From: Vicugna vicugna
Lineage: Eukaryota
Assembly (NCBI GenBank): GCA_013265495.1
Contig: MU059161.1
Location: 5,665,598 to 5,729,597, forward strand
DNA length: 64,000 nt
Reading direction: 5' to 3'
A program made the position numbers and the translations under genes. Under the pieces are notes generated by a model. It had not been told where the DNA came from. It saw only the letters and a program-made list of their open reading frames with translations, and did no database searches. Each line of letters begins with the position of its first letter. The first letter of the stretch is position 1. Below are positions 34,321 to 48,100 of the stretch, piece by piece.

Positions 34321-35846
34321 CTGCGTGGGTGGGTGGGCCGTGGGCAGGGGCAGGGAGGGGGAGGCAGTCTTCTCAGCTTGATAGAGGAGGGAAAAGCCTT
34401 GCCCCATCCGTCCTCCTCAAGCGAGCTGGAGAAGGGCAGTGGGGGAGGGGACGGGCTGGGTGCAGGAGGAGCAGAAGCAATGGTACCCCTAGCCCAGCAA
34501 AGGCCACCGAACTCGGCCCACAGGCTGCACGCTCCAAGGGCGAGCTGTGGGCCCAGAAAGTGCACCCGTGCCACTAAGGGGGAGAGACTTGCGACCAGCA
34601 AGCCCAGCAGCCCAGCGTGGATCCCGTCCGTGACAGCTCTCAGCACATTTAATCCTCACAGAAGCCCTAGGAGTAGGTAGATGGCAGTGCTCCCATTCTA
34701 TAGACGCTGAGACCAGAATTCCCTTGCCCGAGTTCCTACAGCTCGTCAGCATGGAGCAGGAATATGCCGACGCAGGGCCAGGTGGATTTCCGTCTGCTCT
34801 GCCTTTATGACTTGTCCCTTTGGTCTCGGCAAATCACTTTGCCCTTGACTTTCAGTCTGGACGTTCCTGCCTCACCTGTGGCCTTGGCGTGTGCGGCCTC
34901 CACACGACTTCTGATGTTGGCTGCATTATCTGCCTTGATGATATCAGTGCCCTGACCTCCAGTTTATATCCCAGATTTTTCACCCAGACAGAGTGCATCA
35001 TCCAATACACTGTCCTGGGAAGGCGCCTTGTTTGGGCTCCTTCCTGTGCTGTCAGAGCTTCCTCCCCAGGGGCATGTTCCTGGAACAGACAATGGGCGCC
35101 TTACAAAGAGTGGGTTAGGGGCCTGAGGAAAAGAAGATGCATCTAGAACACATAATTTATCTATCTTAACCCTTCTGTGAGACCTCGAGGGTTTGGAGAA
35201 AAGAAATGTTCGAATCTTACGTGTGTAATATCATGGGATCCTTATGACTGCTTTTTGTGACAAGGAAATAGAGGCAAATATACCCATTTTACAGATTGCA
35301 GAGAAAAAACAAATGCCTGTCCAAGGCCTCGCAGATAATCAGGGGTAGAATGTGGGATTTGAAACCAAACCTGGCGGACGCTCAGACTCTTTCCACTGAG
35401 AAATATTGTTTCCAAGGACGGAAATTTCAGTAAGTGAATAATCAGTATTTTTTACCCAGAACCACATTTATTAGGCTACGAAAGAAAGGGTATTTTGTCT
35501 CCCAAAGTAATGATTCTTGGTTTGCATACATTTTTCTCTCCCGCAGGTAGGGAAGCACCTGCTTCGGGCGATGGGCCCAGCTGGGTCAGGCTGAGCAAGG
35601 CTGCCAGGTGGAAGTGGCCGAGGAGAAAAGGAAACTAAGGGGGGAATGTGGCAACATGACCGTCCCTCGTTCACTCCAGCCTGGGGCCCTGAAGAAGCCT
35701 GCCTCTCTCTGTTGTGGAAACCCTTGGCTTCTCCAAATCTGGTTCTCAAAGCTGTCCTTTTCTGTATGCAAATGTGCAAAAGTACCCTGCTAATAAATTA
35801 CCCTGTTGCTCAGGTAGCACGAAGTTGGATTCTGCTGCTCACAACA

Positions 35847-36210
35847 TGCCTAAGTCCATTCAGGTTTGTATAACGAAACACCGCAGGCTGGGTGGCTTAC
35901 AAACAATAGAAGTTTGCTTTTCACGGTTCTGGAGGCTGGAAGTCGAAGATCAAGGTACCAGCATGACTGGGTTCTGGTGAGAGCCCTCTTCCCAGCGCAC
36001 AGCCAGCACCTTCTCACAATGTCCTCACGTGGTAGAAAGGACGAGGGAGCTCCCTGGGGTCTGTTTCATCAGGGCACTAATCCCACTCACAGGGGCTCCA
36101 TCCCACGACCTAAGCCCTTCCTAAAGGCCCCGCCTCCTAATACTGTCACACACACACACGCAGGGTTTCAACATATCAGCTTTAGGGGGACACACATTCA
36201 GCCCATAGCA
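35847..36210 (-). mobile_element. MaLR solo LTR (MLT1A-like)
   Basis: TG...CA termini, typical GGTTCTGGAGGCTGGAAGTC core, perfect 5-bp TSD CAACA/CAACA. Confidence 0.88.
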
Positions 36211-36656
36211 CAACAAAAAATCCACAGGTCTTCCAGGATACATGTTCCATTCTTCTTTAATTTACCACAAAAAAAAAAAATGTCAAAAGGAGGGCAAGAG
36301 GTGGCCTGGAGTAAGGAAGAGACTGAGGGGTTGAGAGACTGGGAGAATCCAGGCTTGGATTCTAACCTTAGTCATGCCATCAACTGGTGTCTGAGCATCG
36401 GGTCCTTTCCGAAGTTTCCTCATCTTTAAAAGAGGCTAGTAATACTCATCACTCCTCTGGGCGATTCTGTGGCAAAGGAAGTTGCTTGTGTCTTGTGCCC
36501 GAACTGTCTGGCCTATAGTAGAGATGTCACAGGGTTAGTTCCTTTTCTCAGAAAATGTCTAGAGCTTCTTCTCAGCTCTGACGTTCTCTGATGCTCTCAG
36601 TCACTAATTTTCTGTTCATTTCCTTTCGGAGAAAGAAACAGAAAAGACACAAAATT

Positions 36657-37123
36657 CAGGCACACCTCAGAGACATTGCAGGTTCAGTTTCAGACTGCCA
36701 CAATAAAGTGAATACTGCCATGAAGTGAGTCACATGAAGTTTTTTGGTTTCCCAGTGCATATAAAGGTTATGTTTTCACTATACTGGAGTCTGTTAAGTG
36801 TGCGATAGCATTATGTCTTTAAAGAACAATGTATATACCTTAATTTAAAAATACTTTATTGCTAAAAAAGGTTAACCATCACCCAGGCCTTCAGCAAGTC
36901 ATCGTAGTCACATCAAGATCACCATAACAAATATAATAGTAATGAAAATGTTTCAAACATTGTAAGAATTACCAAAACGTGACAACAGAGACACAAAGTG
37001 AACAAATGCTGTTGGAAAAATGATGCCGAGAGAATTGCTCGATGCGGGGTTATCATGAACCTTCAATCTGTAAAAAAAAAAAAGTGCTGTATCTGCAAAG
37101 CACAATGAAAGGAGGTACGCCTA
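36657..37123 (+). mobile_element. Internally deleted Tigger1-type element, uninterrupted copy
   Basis: CAGGCACACCTCAGAGACATTGCAGG ... GGAGGTACGCCT ends; same family as 3927-4755. Confidence 0.85.
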
Positions 37124-38772
37124 TCACCAGATAGCAAGTATTTATTCTGAAATTTATTTATTCACAAGGATTTATTCACAGAACATCATCGGAGGGTGAT
37201 TGAATATGTTCTCAGCCAAGCTGGAAGTTTCTGAAAGTGGAAGGGGCACTATTCATAACACAGCAGGGCAGCAGGCGTACTTCAGGGCATGGGAGCAAAT
37301 GGGAGCACACAGTCACGGAGCTCTCACCTGCCTACATGGATGCCTCGATCAGTCTTGTCTGGCAGAGTCTCACCTGCCCGGGGTTAAGAGTTCCCTACAC
37401 CTTATTTGTTCTGGCAAATGGTGAGTCTATTCGGTTTAGCAGGAAATCAGTATCCCATTTGTCACAGGCAGAAGCCCCAGGCTAAACTCAGGTGGGAGCA
37501 TGCTCTAGCCATTTGATGGGCCTCCCCAGAGCTACTGTCCTCTCCTGCTTTTACTAGAACTGGAAGGTCCACTTTATCTTTTAACCAGGGAAGTTAATCG
37601 GGCTCACAGATCTAAATGTAATGTTTGAAAAGCCAACAGCAGTGCCAGGTTCTCACAAAAAAGCGTCCCTCCCTCCTCCCCAACACCCACCACGGTTCCT
37701 TGTTATCTGTTCTAGTTTCAGGCCTTCTTGCTGGCATTGTGTGCCCTCTGAGTGCCAGGGTTGCGATTTAGGAATTCTTGCCTAGGCAACTTCAAGGTCA
37801 GAATTCCTCCAGGGGCAAGATCCTCCAACAGAGGACCTTTGTTCCTGTTTTGGTGGCTTCCTGTGTGAAACTGGGGACTCAGAAGGACTCAAGTCTATTC
37901 TGGAGCCCTGGTAGAATGATCCGTCTGGTCCAGCTTTTATTCCCAATTTTAATCCCTCAGAATCTTGAAATCATAGACAATTCTCTCTAAAAGCAGAGCT
38001 TGTAAGAATCAAGTCTCAGACTCTGGAGTCAGAATAACATGTCTGAATTCCAACTTTGATACACCCCAGCTGTGTGACCTTGGGCAACTTACTTAACTTC
38101 TCTGTGCCACAGTTTCCGGAGAGGGGTGGGGAAAAGCTAAATAATAGCATCAGCCTCATTAAGTGGTCATGAGGATTCAGTGAAATAAAATTGCAAGCAC
38201 AGAATGCAGCCCCTGGCATACCATAGATAGTGGTGTTTGCTGGCATCATTCACTGTTGGGAACATATCTGCCTCATTCATCCTTCCCCAGAGACCAGCAG
38301 TTGGCTCTCTATTGCTGTGGGTTCCTGGGTTGCATACAACACTGAGCTCCCCTTTCCTGTGTCACATGTGGGTGGGGATCAATTGCATACACTACTGTGT
38401 AATTTTCCTGATGTAGACGGACAGCCAAAGGGGTAGAGTTGGGATTTCCTAAGAATTAAGAAGAGATGCTGTAGGCTCAACGGGTGTTGAGGCCAGGGGC
38501 AAATGCAGGTGAGAGACGCAAGCTTAGTAAGAAAAACAATAACCCAGTGCAATGGCAAATGGCCACTTACTCTGGGCGTCAGTCAGGAAGATGATAAGGA
38601 GGGGTGGGCACTAGGGCAGACAGGGAGCAGCTCAGTCCAAGCCCATTGTTGCCGTACTGTAAGGGGAATCTGCTGGTGCAAGACTGGGGCCCAGTGTTGC
38701 CAGATCTTTGTTACAAGAAAATCACAGAAAGCTAGATTGTATGTTTTTTTTATAAAAAGAAATGCAATCTCC

Positions 38773-39189
38773 TGCGGTAGGCAGAATATAATCAACCTTA
38801 AAATGGGAGGATTATCCTGAAAACTTGGTGGAGTGGGCAGTGTCATCACAAGGGTCTTTACAAGAGGAAGAGGGAGGCAGAAGAGGAAAGAGTCAATGGG
38901 AGATTCGGTTATGGGAGAAAGACACAGAGAGGTGAAGCAATACTGATTTTGAAAATGGAGGCAGGAGGCGACCAGACAAGAAATGGGAGTGTCTCTAGCA
39001 ATTGGGAAAGACGAGGAAAAGGATTTTCTCCTAGATTTTAAGGAAGAAACAAAGCCCCCAAAATGAGCCCAGTGAGACCTGTGTTGGATGATTTTGGTCT
39101 CCAGAACTGTAAGATCATGGATTTGTGTTGTTCTGAGTCACTAAATTTATGGTCAGCATAAATTACAGCAGTAGTAGAAAACTAATACA
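38773..39189 (+). mobile_element. MaLR solo LTR (MLT1C/D/E-like)
   Basis: TGCGGTAGGCAGAAT start, CTCCAGAACTGTAAGA...AAACTAATACA end. Confidence 0.75.
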
Positions 39190-40399
39190 TCAACTAACTT
39201 AAATATATATATATATACCCAACAAGTCACATCTGGAGTCTGCCCCTGGGAGCCAGTTCTGATTTGGTATCACTGAATGACACAGAATGTTTTAGTTGGA
39301 AAGACTCATTGCCCGGGGATGCCCAAGATCATACAACTGTGACTCTCATGAGGGATGCTGATTCTTAGGGCAGGACTCATGTCACTCTCAGGGGACTGGC
39401 GGAAGACAAGCAGAGGAGAGCTGATGTCAGTGAAGCCCCTGCCGGTGTGACGTTCACATCATGTGCACCGATGCCTTACATTAACAGCACGGGGCACGTC
39501 TGGGAGGAGAGAAAGGACTTTCAATGGCGTGGGTCGCTTTGCCTACTGATCTCTTCAAAAAAAAACTAATGAATGCCCCGGGATGGTCTCCAGAAGTCTG
39601 ATGACAGGCTCTGTCTTCAAAAAATGAACCCTGTCGAAGAGAAGACTCCACTGTTGACACAAGGCATTGAGTCGCTTTCCCTGTCACTGCTGTCAACTTG
39701 GTTGCCACTTCCCAGGTTGATGTTCCTGTTTCTCAAGCCAGTTACATTTTATTCTTTTTTTTTCTTTTCTTTCCTTTTTTTAAAAAAAATAAATCACTAT
39801 GTAGTTTCTGAGGCACCGCTCAGTTTTCCCAGAAAGATCTGCACTGAGTGAGCACACGAACAAGCACGTCTTCACCCAGCACCGTCGGCGGCACTGGTTT
39901 TCTAAGCCCCGGGCCCTGGATGCTTCACTCTCAAAGGAGGCCTCTCAGGGCTGTGGAATGTCTAGGGTTGTGCCTCTGGGAAATGGAACCAGACGCTGGT
40001 GATAATGGAGTAACAAAGTCCCCCAAAGGCACAGCCCTGTGGGTTTTCTGCTTGGCCCACAGTGCTCCTCCCTACTGCCCCCACCCCCGGGAAACGACTT
40101 TGAAGACCTTTACCTGGGGCATGTTCTCTTCGGTTTGCCACAGTGCCCAACCCTCCGCCTTTATCTTACACCATCACCCTTCACCCGCTTACGTTCCCTG
40201 CCGAGCCCCCCAAAGAGTTCTAGTTTGTGACAGATGAGCCTTATCCGAGTCCCATATGCAATTCAATTCACTTATTTATACATTCAAGAAATATTTACTG
40301 AGCACCTACCCTGTACCAAAATGTTCTAAGTATTGGGAATTCACCAGAGAACAAAGTCCGTATTCTTATGGAGCCTTATAATGATAATAATAATGGTGA

Positions 40400-40462
40400 G
40401 ATGGTGGTGGTGGTGATGGTGGTGGTGGTGATGGTGGTGATGATGATGATGGAGATGATGAA
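40400..40462 (+). repeat. (GGT)n/(GAT)n trinucleotide repeat
   Basis: GATGGTGGTGGTGGTGATGGTGG...GATGATGATGGAGATGATG. Confidence 0.9.
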
Positions 40463-40660
40463 CAAGCATTGTGTATTTATTTTGTGCCAGTCTATGTTCT
40501 AAGCCATATATACATACATATATATATTTTTTTCATCCTCACAACAGCCTTATAAGGTATTTCCCTCACCATAAGATAAAGAAACTGAAGCACAGAAAAA
40601 CTCCCTCCCTATGTGGGAGACAAATATCAACATAGGAACAAATAAGAGACCCCAGGTTTC

Positions 40661-40860
40661 TACTGTCCAATGCAGTACCCACTAGCTACAAGTGGTTACT
40701 TACATTAAAAGTAATTAAAATAAAATGAAATAAAATAAAATAAAATTTTCCATTCCTTGGCCACAGACATTTCAAGCACTCAACAGTCACATGCGGCCAG
40801 TGGCTACCATTTTGAACACAGACTAATCTCATCATTGCAGAGCTCTTTTGGGCAGTGCTG
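40661..40860 (-). mobile_element. MER3-type hAT MITE
   Basis: Reverse complement of the MER3 signature with an expanded internal (TAAAA)n run. Confidence 0.7.
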
Positions 40861-41030
40861 GTCAAGAATATTATGGTCAATAATGGAAGCCCCAGGGATT
40901 GAACCTTCTCTGACACTCACCGGTTGGGAGACTTTGAGCAAACTTTCAAGGTCTCCCAACTGGTCTTAAACTCTCTGACTCTCAGATTACTGATCTATAA
41001 AATGTAGTTAATAATAATGCCATCCTCCAC

Positions 41031-41579
41031 CATTTACAATAGCCAAGACATGAAAGCAACCTAAGTGTCCATCAGCAGGTGAATGGATAAAGAAGAGACA
41101 GTACAGAGGTACCACGGAATGTCACGCAACCATAAAAAGAATGATACAGTGCCACTTGCAGCAATGTGGGTACACCTAGATATTACCTACTAAAGAAGTA
41201 AGTCAGAGAAAGACAAATTTTATATGATACCACCTATATGTGAAATCTAAAAAAATATTACAAATGAGCTTATTTACAAAACAGAAACAGACTCACAGAC
41301 AAAAAAACAAACCTATTGTTACCAAAGGGGAAGGTAGTGGGAGCAGGGCAAGATAAATTGGAAGTACAGGATTAACAGACGCACACGACCATATGTAAAA
41401 TAGATAAACAACAAGAATGTATGGGTATAGCACAGGGAACTACATTCAATGTCTTGGAATAAACTGTGATGGAAAAGAATTTTAAAAAGAATATAGATAT
41501 AGACATATATAAAACCACTTTGCTGTACATCTGAAACTAACACAATATTGTAAATCAACTATACTTCAGTAAACAAAAA
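41031..41579 (+). mobile_element. L1 3' end (about 550 bp) inserted in a MIR
   Basis: CAATAGCCAAGACATGAAAGCAACCTAAGTGTCC...GTAAATCAACTATACTTCA; decayed TSD AATAATGCCATCCTC / AATAATGTTATCTTC. Confidence 0.85.
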
Positions 41580-41699
41580 TAATGTTATCTTCAAGGAGTT
41601 TGGGGGAATATGAATTAATTCTTGGATGTTTAGAATAGTGTTCAGCACATAGTAAACATCCGATCAATTATAGTTATTATTATAAATATATTAATGATG

Positions 41700-42160
41700 G
41701 GAGGGAGTGATAAATATGAAGACAAATAAAGCAGGGTAAAGGGGCAGAAGGTAAGGGAGTACTTGCTTGGGTGAGTCAATCAAGGAGGCCCTCCTGAGGA
41801 GGTGGCCTCTGCATGAAGTCAGGAAGCCAGACTTGGGTAATGAGGAAGGACATCCAAGCACAGGCTGTGGGCAAAGCCCCCGAGGCTGAAGCTTGCTTGG
41901 TGTGTTCCAGAAACCACATCCCAGCAGAAAAGCTGGGAAAGAGTGAGCCAGGGAGAAAGGAGAGGGGGCAGGGCACGGGAGCTGCTGAAGGACCATGCCG
42001 AGGAGTTCAGCATTTGTTGTGAGTGTGGTAGGGGTTCCCAGTAGGTTTTGAGCAGGGAAATGATGGGGTCTGACATATTTTAAAGAGTCACCCTAGTCAT
42101 ATGTGGACAGAGGCCTGGAAGAGCAGGAGCAGAGGCAGGGAGGCCACTCAGGAGGCTGCC
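41700..42160 (-). mobile_element. L2 fragment
   Basis: Purine-rich antisense L2 text (GCTTGCTTGGTGTGTTCCAG, TTTGAGCAGGGAAATGA). Confidence 0.6.
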
Positions 42161-45100
42161 ACCAGCAGCAGCCCAGCTGGTGGCATGCAAAAGAGTGGAG
42201 ATGAGAAGGTTTCATGTTCAGAACAACCTTTCACACCAGCTGTCCCCTCTGGAATCCTCTCTGCCCCAATGTCCTCTTGGCTCGCTCCCTCACCTCCTTA
42301 GGTCTTGACTCAGAAGTCACCCTTTCAGAATAGGATCCTTGTCCCCTTCCTCCACCCTTTTTTCTTCTTAGCACTTACCCCAATCTAAGACACAACGTAT
42401 TTTCCTGGTTTCGTTTACTGTGAGCAGAAAACACGAGGGTGGGGATTTTTGTCAGCTTTGCTCCCCAGGACCTACAGAAGTGCCCAGTGCAAACTAAGTG
42501 CCTGAGAAGTGTTTTTGAATCGAATCAGTGAGTGAATGATAGAAGGAAAGAGTGCAGGTGATAATTGAGACAACTGAAGCCCAGAGAGGGGAGGTCACTG
42601 GCCTAAAGCCACACAGCAGTTGAGGGCAGAGCCCGTGCTGGAACCCAGGCCTCCCCAGCCTGGTCCTGTCCTCTCCCTGCTCCCCACCACCTCATGTAAG
42701 TTTTCCCTTTATTCTTGGAGCCCTCAATGAGCATTTTTCTCTCTCTGCTTAGTTGTCACCTTTCTCTTGAACCAGCTGGGTCTTGACTCCCTTCCTCCAT
42801 TTTCTCCAGAATGTATTCTTCTGTTCAGCTAAACTTTGCCTTTTACTGCAAGCCTGACCCAACTGCAATATCCAGATCGTCACCCTCTGTATCAAATGAA
42901 AGAAACGAAACAGGAAGCCGTGACGCCCAACCTGGTTCCTCTACCAGGGCAGTCCACACAGTAAGATGCAAAGACATTGCCCCATGGCTGGGGATGGGTT
43001 GCTGAGCTGGTCTAAAAACCCTCCCGGCAAACAGACATGCTACTGGGCAACAGCGGAGGTCACGCGGTTTGCCCTAAACCTGCCCAGAGATTGTCCCGAG
43101 AAACCTTGTTCAATCTCCCCTTGAGGGCAGAGAATGCCGACAGCTCAGCCTTCCCATCCCTCTGTGTGATGGCACAGAGGTCCTTGGGGCTGCTCACTCT
43201 GTCCTTCCTCTCTTTCCTCTCCCTCCCGGCCCGTGCGGGAGGTAAATCTCCATCCAGCTCACTTGCTGGCCATTCGGAGCTCTTACTCCATCCCACCTCC
43301 GCTAAAACAGCAAAATTCCTCTCTTTATTCTTTATCATAATAATAAAATTTAAAGGTACCTTTTAGAAGGCTTATGCTATATTAGGTACTTTGCAGGTCC
43401 ACAGTCCTTGCCTAACCCATCTTACAAATCAGGGCATGGGCTCAAAGCTCACCCCGTGGGTAAGTGGTGGAGTTGGGCTCAGTCCTGGGGCTTCTCTGTC
43501 TGATTCAGGAACTTGTTTTCTTCCCCCTAGACTCAATCACCTTTCACTCATTCAGCAACATTTTACCAAGCCATACTACAAGCCAGGTACTGTTCTAGGC
43601 ACTAAGTGGCGGTGATGAAAAGACGAGGTCCAGCCCTGGAGAACAAGTGAGAGAGACGACAATGAACAAGAAGTAAACAAGGAACCAAGGAGGTCATTTT
43701 CAACAGAGATAGCAATCGTGGACCCCTAGAGACATGACAGTGTGCGGGAGCGAGCACGGTGGGCAGGGGCTTCTGGGGCGGGTGGTTGGGAAAGGTTCCT
43801 TCATACTGATGGATGCCAGACACAGCAGGAAGGAAACACATCACCAGGAGGTGACGAGTCCAACTCGGGAGGGGCCATGGCTTGAGGCAGACTGTCAGGA
43901 GGGGTAGGGGGGTGCGGGGCTGACCCTGGGGAAAATCACAGGGTGGTGCGTGTCCCTTTAACCATTGATGGTGTAGGGGCATCTTTGCTCCTCGTCGCCA
44001 GCCTTGTGTATTAAGTAGTGTGTGCCATTTCCCCGGGTAGGTTTAGTGTCAATCAGCTCTTCTTCTGTCCTGGTCCCTCTCTTCTCTCTGTGCCTGGTAG
44101 GGGTCCTTAATGGATTTTTCTCCTCCTGACACCCAAGGCTGAGGAACCTTAAAGCCACAATCCCACAGGAGAAAGCTGCAGCAGCAACAGCCACCCGGAG
44201 CTCCCCCTGGGGGCGCTTCTCCAAGCTGCACCTGCTCCCCCCGCTGCTCCCTGCGCTGCCGGCTTCCCGCCTCCCACCCACTGCTGTCCACAGCCACACG
44301 CACGCCTCTCCCTCCAGCCCCCTTCCGGGCAGAGACTTGGTCAGACCTGACGCCTGGCTTTGAGTCTGGTCGCCCTCCCCCACTCCCCTGGACTTATGGA
44401 CCCCTCCTGGCTCTTCTTAGCTCTTGTCTGATCACCTGACAAAGGGCCTAGAGCCCCACTGGACTCAGAGCCCTCAGACCCCACCCACCCGCAAAGTGAC
44501 CCCAGTGCCACTTCAGATGACTGGACGTAGATGAGAATGTGTAAAGGACCCTCCCCCTAGTCCCCTTCCCTGTCAGTGCTGAGCATCACCTCCTCGGGAA
44601 AACTTCCCTGAGCCTCCAAACGTGGGTTAGTTCCCTCCTCAGTGCTTCCGGACGGTGCTGCACCTACCCCTCATGGAGCACCAACCAGGAGTGGCCGTCT
44701 GACCACTCATCGCTCCCACTAGAAGGGGTCTCCTTGGGGACAGGTCTTTCTCTAGGAGTCACAGGGATCCTGGCACAGATGGTCCAACTGGTCCAGGTAC
44801 AAGGCTGCTGCCCGGATCCTGGGAAACCAGAACACATGTTTGTTTCTACCTGTCCAGCATGTGGGAATCCTTCCAGACTTGGTGACTCTTCAGCCTCCTC
44901 CTTGGTTTCTCCTAAAAAGCACACGTAGGGGGTCTGTAGGCTCAGCCAGTGTCGGGGGTCGAGAGCACCCTCTGCTTGCCAGCAGGGAAATCAGACTTTC
45001 TACGACATAACTGAAATGGCATATGGGGGGTTCTGCATTTCCAGGAAGACTCCGGGACACCCCTATTTAGAATATAGTGAAGCCTTGGCACTAAGGTGCT

Positions 45101-48100
45101 GAGCTGGTCCGAAGGCGGAGAACTGGGAGACAGCCAGAGAGGGTGCAGGTTCCGGGGGAGCGTGGCTTCACACACTTGCAACACCGAAATCCCTTTGAGT
45201 TGTCTGTTACCCTCATATTGTATATTGTTTGAACAAAGGCATGATTGTTTTCCTGTAAAGGCAAAACAGTCATTATGGAAACATTAATAAGATATAAGCA
45301 AGAAACAAGAATAATAAAAATTAAATACTTAAAATTTATTACTTCCTTTTAAAAAAATTGTTTTGCACCGTCAAAATGCGATCACTCTTCTTACAATTCT
45401 TTGTAACTTCTTTTTTTTTTTAATATATGCAACATATTGTGAACAGCTTTCCACGTGCTTGAACGTCATCCTGGAGCAAGCTTTTAAATGACTATCGAGT
45501 GTCCTGTAGCAGGTGGGTACTAAAATTTATTTCAGGAACTCCCTATGGTTGGATATTTAGATTGGTTGCAAATTTCATATTATCAGCAACTCAGAAATGA
45601 GCCTTCTTTTACCCATGATTATGTCTCTAGGAAAAATTGCTAGCTGTAGACTTGCTAGGTCAAGGATAAGAACTGTTATAATTTTGGTTCATCTCATCCC
45701 ACTGTTCTCTACCGAGAAAGCTTTAATTCTGGCTCCTGCCAGCAGGACACGAAGGACTGTTTTATTTTGTGGCATTTCCTCCTACCAAGGCTGCCTTGGG
45801 TGCTCACTTAACCTGTATTCGCTGGGATGGTGGATGGCAGGCCATGAAGTTGGCTCCAGTACCCACCTGGAAAAGTCTCACAAAAACCTTGATCATCCGG
45901 TTTATACCAAGGATGGCCAGTGGGAACATCAGTTATCACACTTGGAACCATGATTGTAAAATGCTTTGATGGTCCTACCAGATACAGCATAGAGGTTAAC
46001 GGACTCTGGGGTGACACAGACTTGGATTTGAATCCTTGTCTTAGGCAAGACCTGACCTGAGCCTCAGTTTTTCCCAGCTGTGAAATGGAATTATAATATC
46101 ACATCCTGATGGGGTTTCTTGGAAATTAAATTGTAATCAGGTGTGTAAAACTCATGGCACAGAGTAGCAAGTCAGCCCTGAGCACCCAGTAGCTAGCACT
46201 GTTATTAAACCGGCACAATAACTTGAGCCCGTATAACAACTTGTTTGTTTAGTTGAGGCCCTTCAGAGGCCTGTTAAACCAAGAATGATTTCCAACTAGC
46301 ATAACAACTATTCTCATGGGAAGAGGTGCCCGTATGAGCTAATCTCCTTGAATATTTACTGTATTCTGTGTTTTGTAATTCAGTGTTTCTTAACATTCTC
46401 TGTGAAATTTTATTTGGCTTAACAGGCCCCATTTTCATAAAGCTTGTCCTCACAAGCTTTCTCCATGGCAGGGAAAGTTAAGCTCAGGCTTGGCCACCAG
46501 CTCAGAGATTCCCTGGATGGTGAGCTTGAGGACAGTGCAGATCTTGGGTCTCAGTCCCTCTGGCTCAGATCTCCGGGTGGGTCCCAGGGGTCTGTCCTGT
46601 TAGCAAACTCCCAGGTAATTCTTACAGCTGAGGGGGCTCCAGACTGCAAACTGGCATTGGAAATGCTACACGGTAACCACAGACAGGATGTTTGGGGGAT
46701 TTTAGTAATAAAGGGTGACATTTTTGTTTCATTCTGATAAAAACACTAACTGAAGCAATCATTTCTACTCTGTCCGGAAGGGAACGTGGTCCAGGGCCCT
46801 TTCATCCTTTGTTTTAAGCCTTCTGCTGTGACATTTTATTTTTCTTTCCGCCTTAGACCAGCCTCTCAGGGGGCCCTTGCGGTGTGCCTTCTGTTGGCTG
46901 GGCAGTGTAAGCCCAGAGTCCCGCTTCCTTTCCTGAGGACATAGTCATTCTGAAGGTGTGCAATTTTCCATTTAAATTTCTTCTGGCAATGTATGTGCTG
47001 CCTCCAGCTGCAGGCCACAGCACGGGCTCTGTCTGCAGAAACCGTGTGTTAGAAACTGCTTTGTTCATAATTGGCAGTTTGGTCTAGAAAAGAGGGAGCT
47101 TTTAAAGTACAGTTCTACACTGGCTCTTTCAAGTCCTCCCAGGAAGATAACCACCATTTCATTTTATTTTATTTTAAGTTAGAGTTTCTATTTTTCCATC
47201 TCCTTAAATGTTTCCATATTGCTGCCATGGAATTAATTATTTGGGTACCAGGCACTCTATCAGAAGCTTTGTACAAATTATTTCAAATTTTCCAAGCAAC
47301 TTGGAAATGTCGGCACAGGGGTTGGTTGCCTCTTTCAGCTGCCCGCCGTCACCGCCCGCCTTCCGATTAGCGCTGTGCCCGTCCCTTGGGGAATGCCTCC
47401 ACCAGCACAGCCATGGTGGAAGGAGTGTGTGTTACGCAGTAGAACCGAAGCGGTTAGTTCTCCTTTCCCCTTTCCTCGGCCCATCAGACCCTCCGTCCCA
47501 GGATTTTGAGGTTTGAGCTGGTGATGCAAAGAGAGACACAGGTTCACCTGGGGCATCTGGAGAACTGTGTATGCATCACCTGGCTCTCCAGGTGGGACCT
47601 GCTGTGTGGCTCCTGCAGCCTGGTCCTCTGAGGTCCCATGGCTGCTGTCCACTCTCCAAGCCAGTTCTCATCCCCTTCAATTTCTTAAACGCCACTCCCC
47701 ACTCCTGCCCCAGAACTGCTCAGTGTTTACCATGGAATCAGTTTCTCCTGCCTGTAACCAGGAGCCTAGTCTGATCTCTAGGGACTTTGGACCCCTGTTT
47801 ACAGATGAGGAACTCTGGGTCGTACCTCTCCTCCTGGAGAACTCATGTATCAAGAAATACCCAGTCTAGCCTGGGCAATGCTGGATCTGGAGGTTTGGTG
47901 TCTAAAAAGAGTAAGACTCTCTGGTTTGGTTTCCTCACTGACGCCTGCACACCAGTGTATTTCCTGAGCCGTGCATTCAGTGTGGCCACATCCAGGTCCA
48001 CACCGAACGGCAGCTTGTGTCAGGCAGGGTTCCACCGGTGTGGCAGGCAAAGCGATTTGAGTTAAAATACAGATGAATATACACACGTTGGAACAATGTT

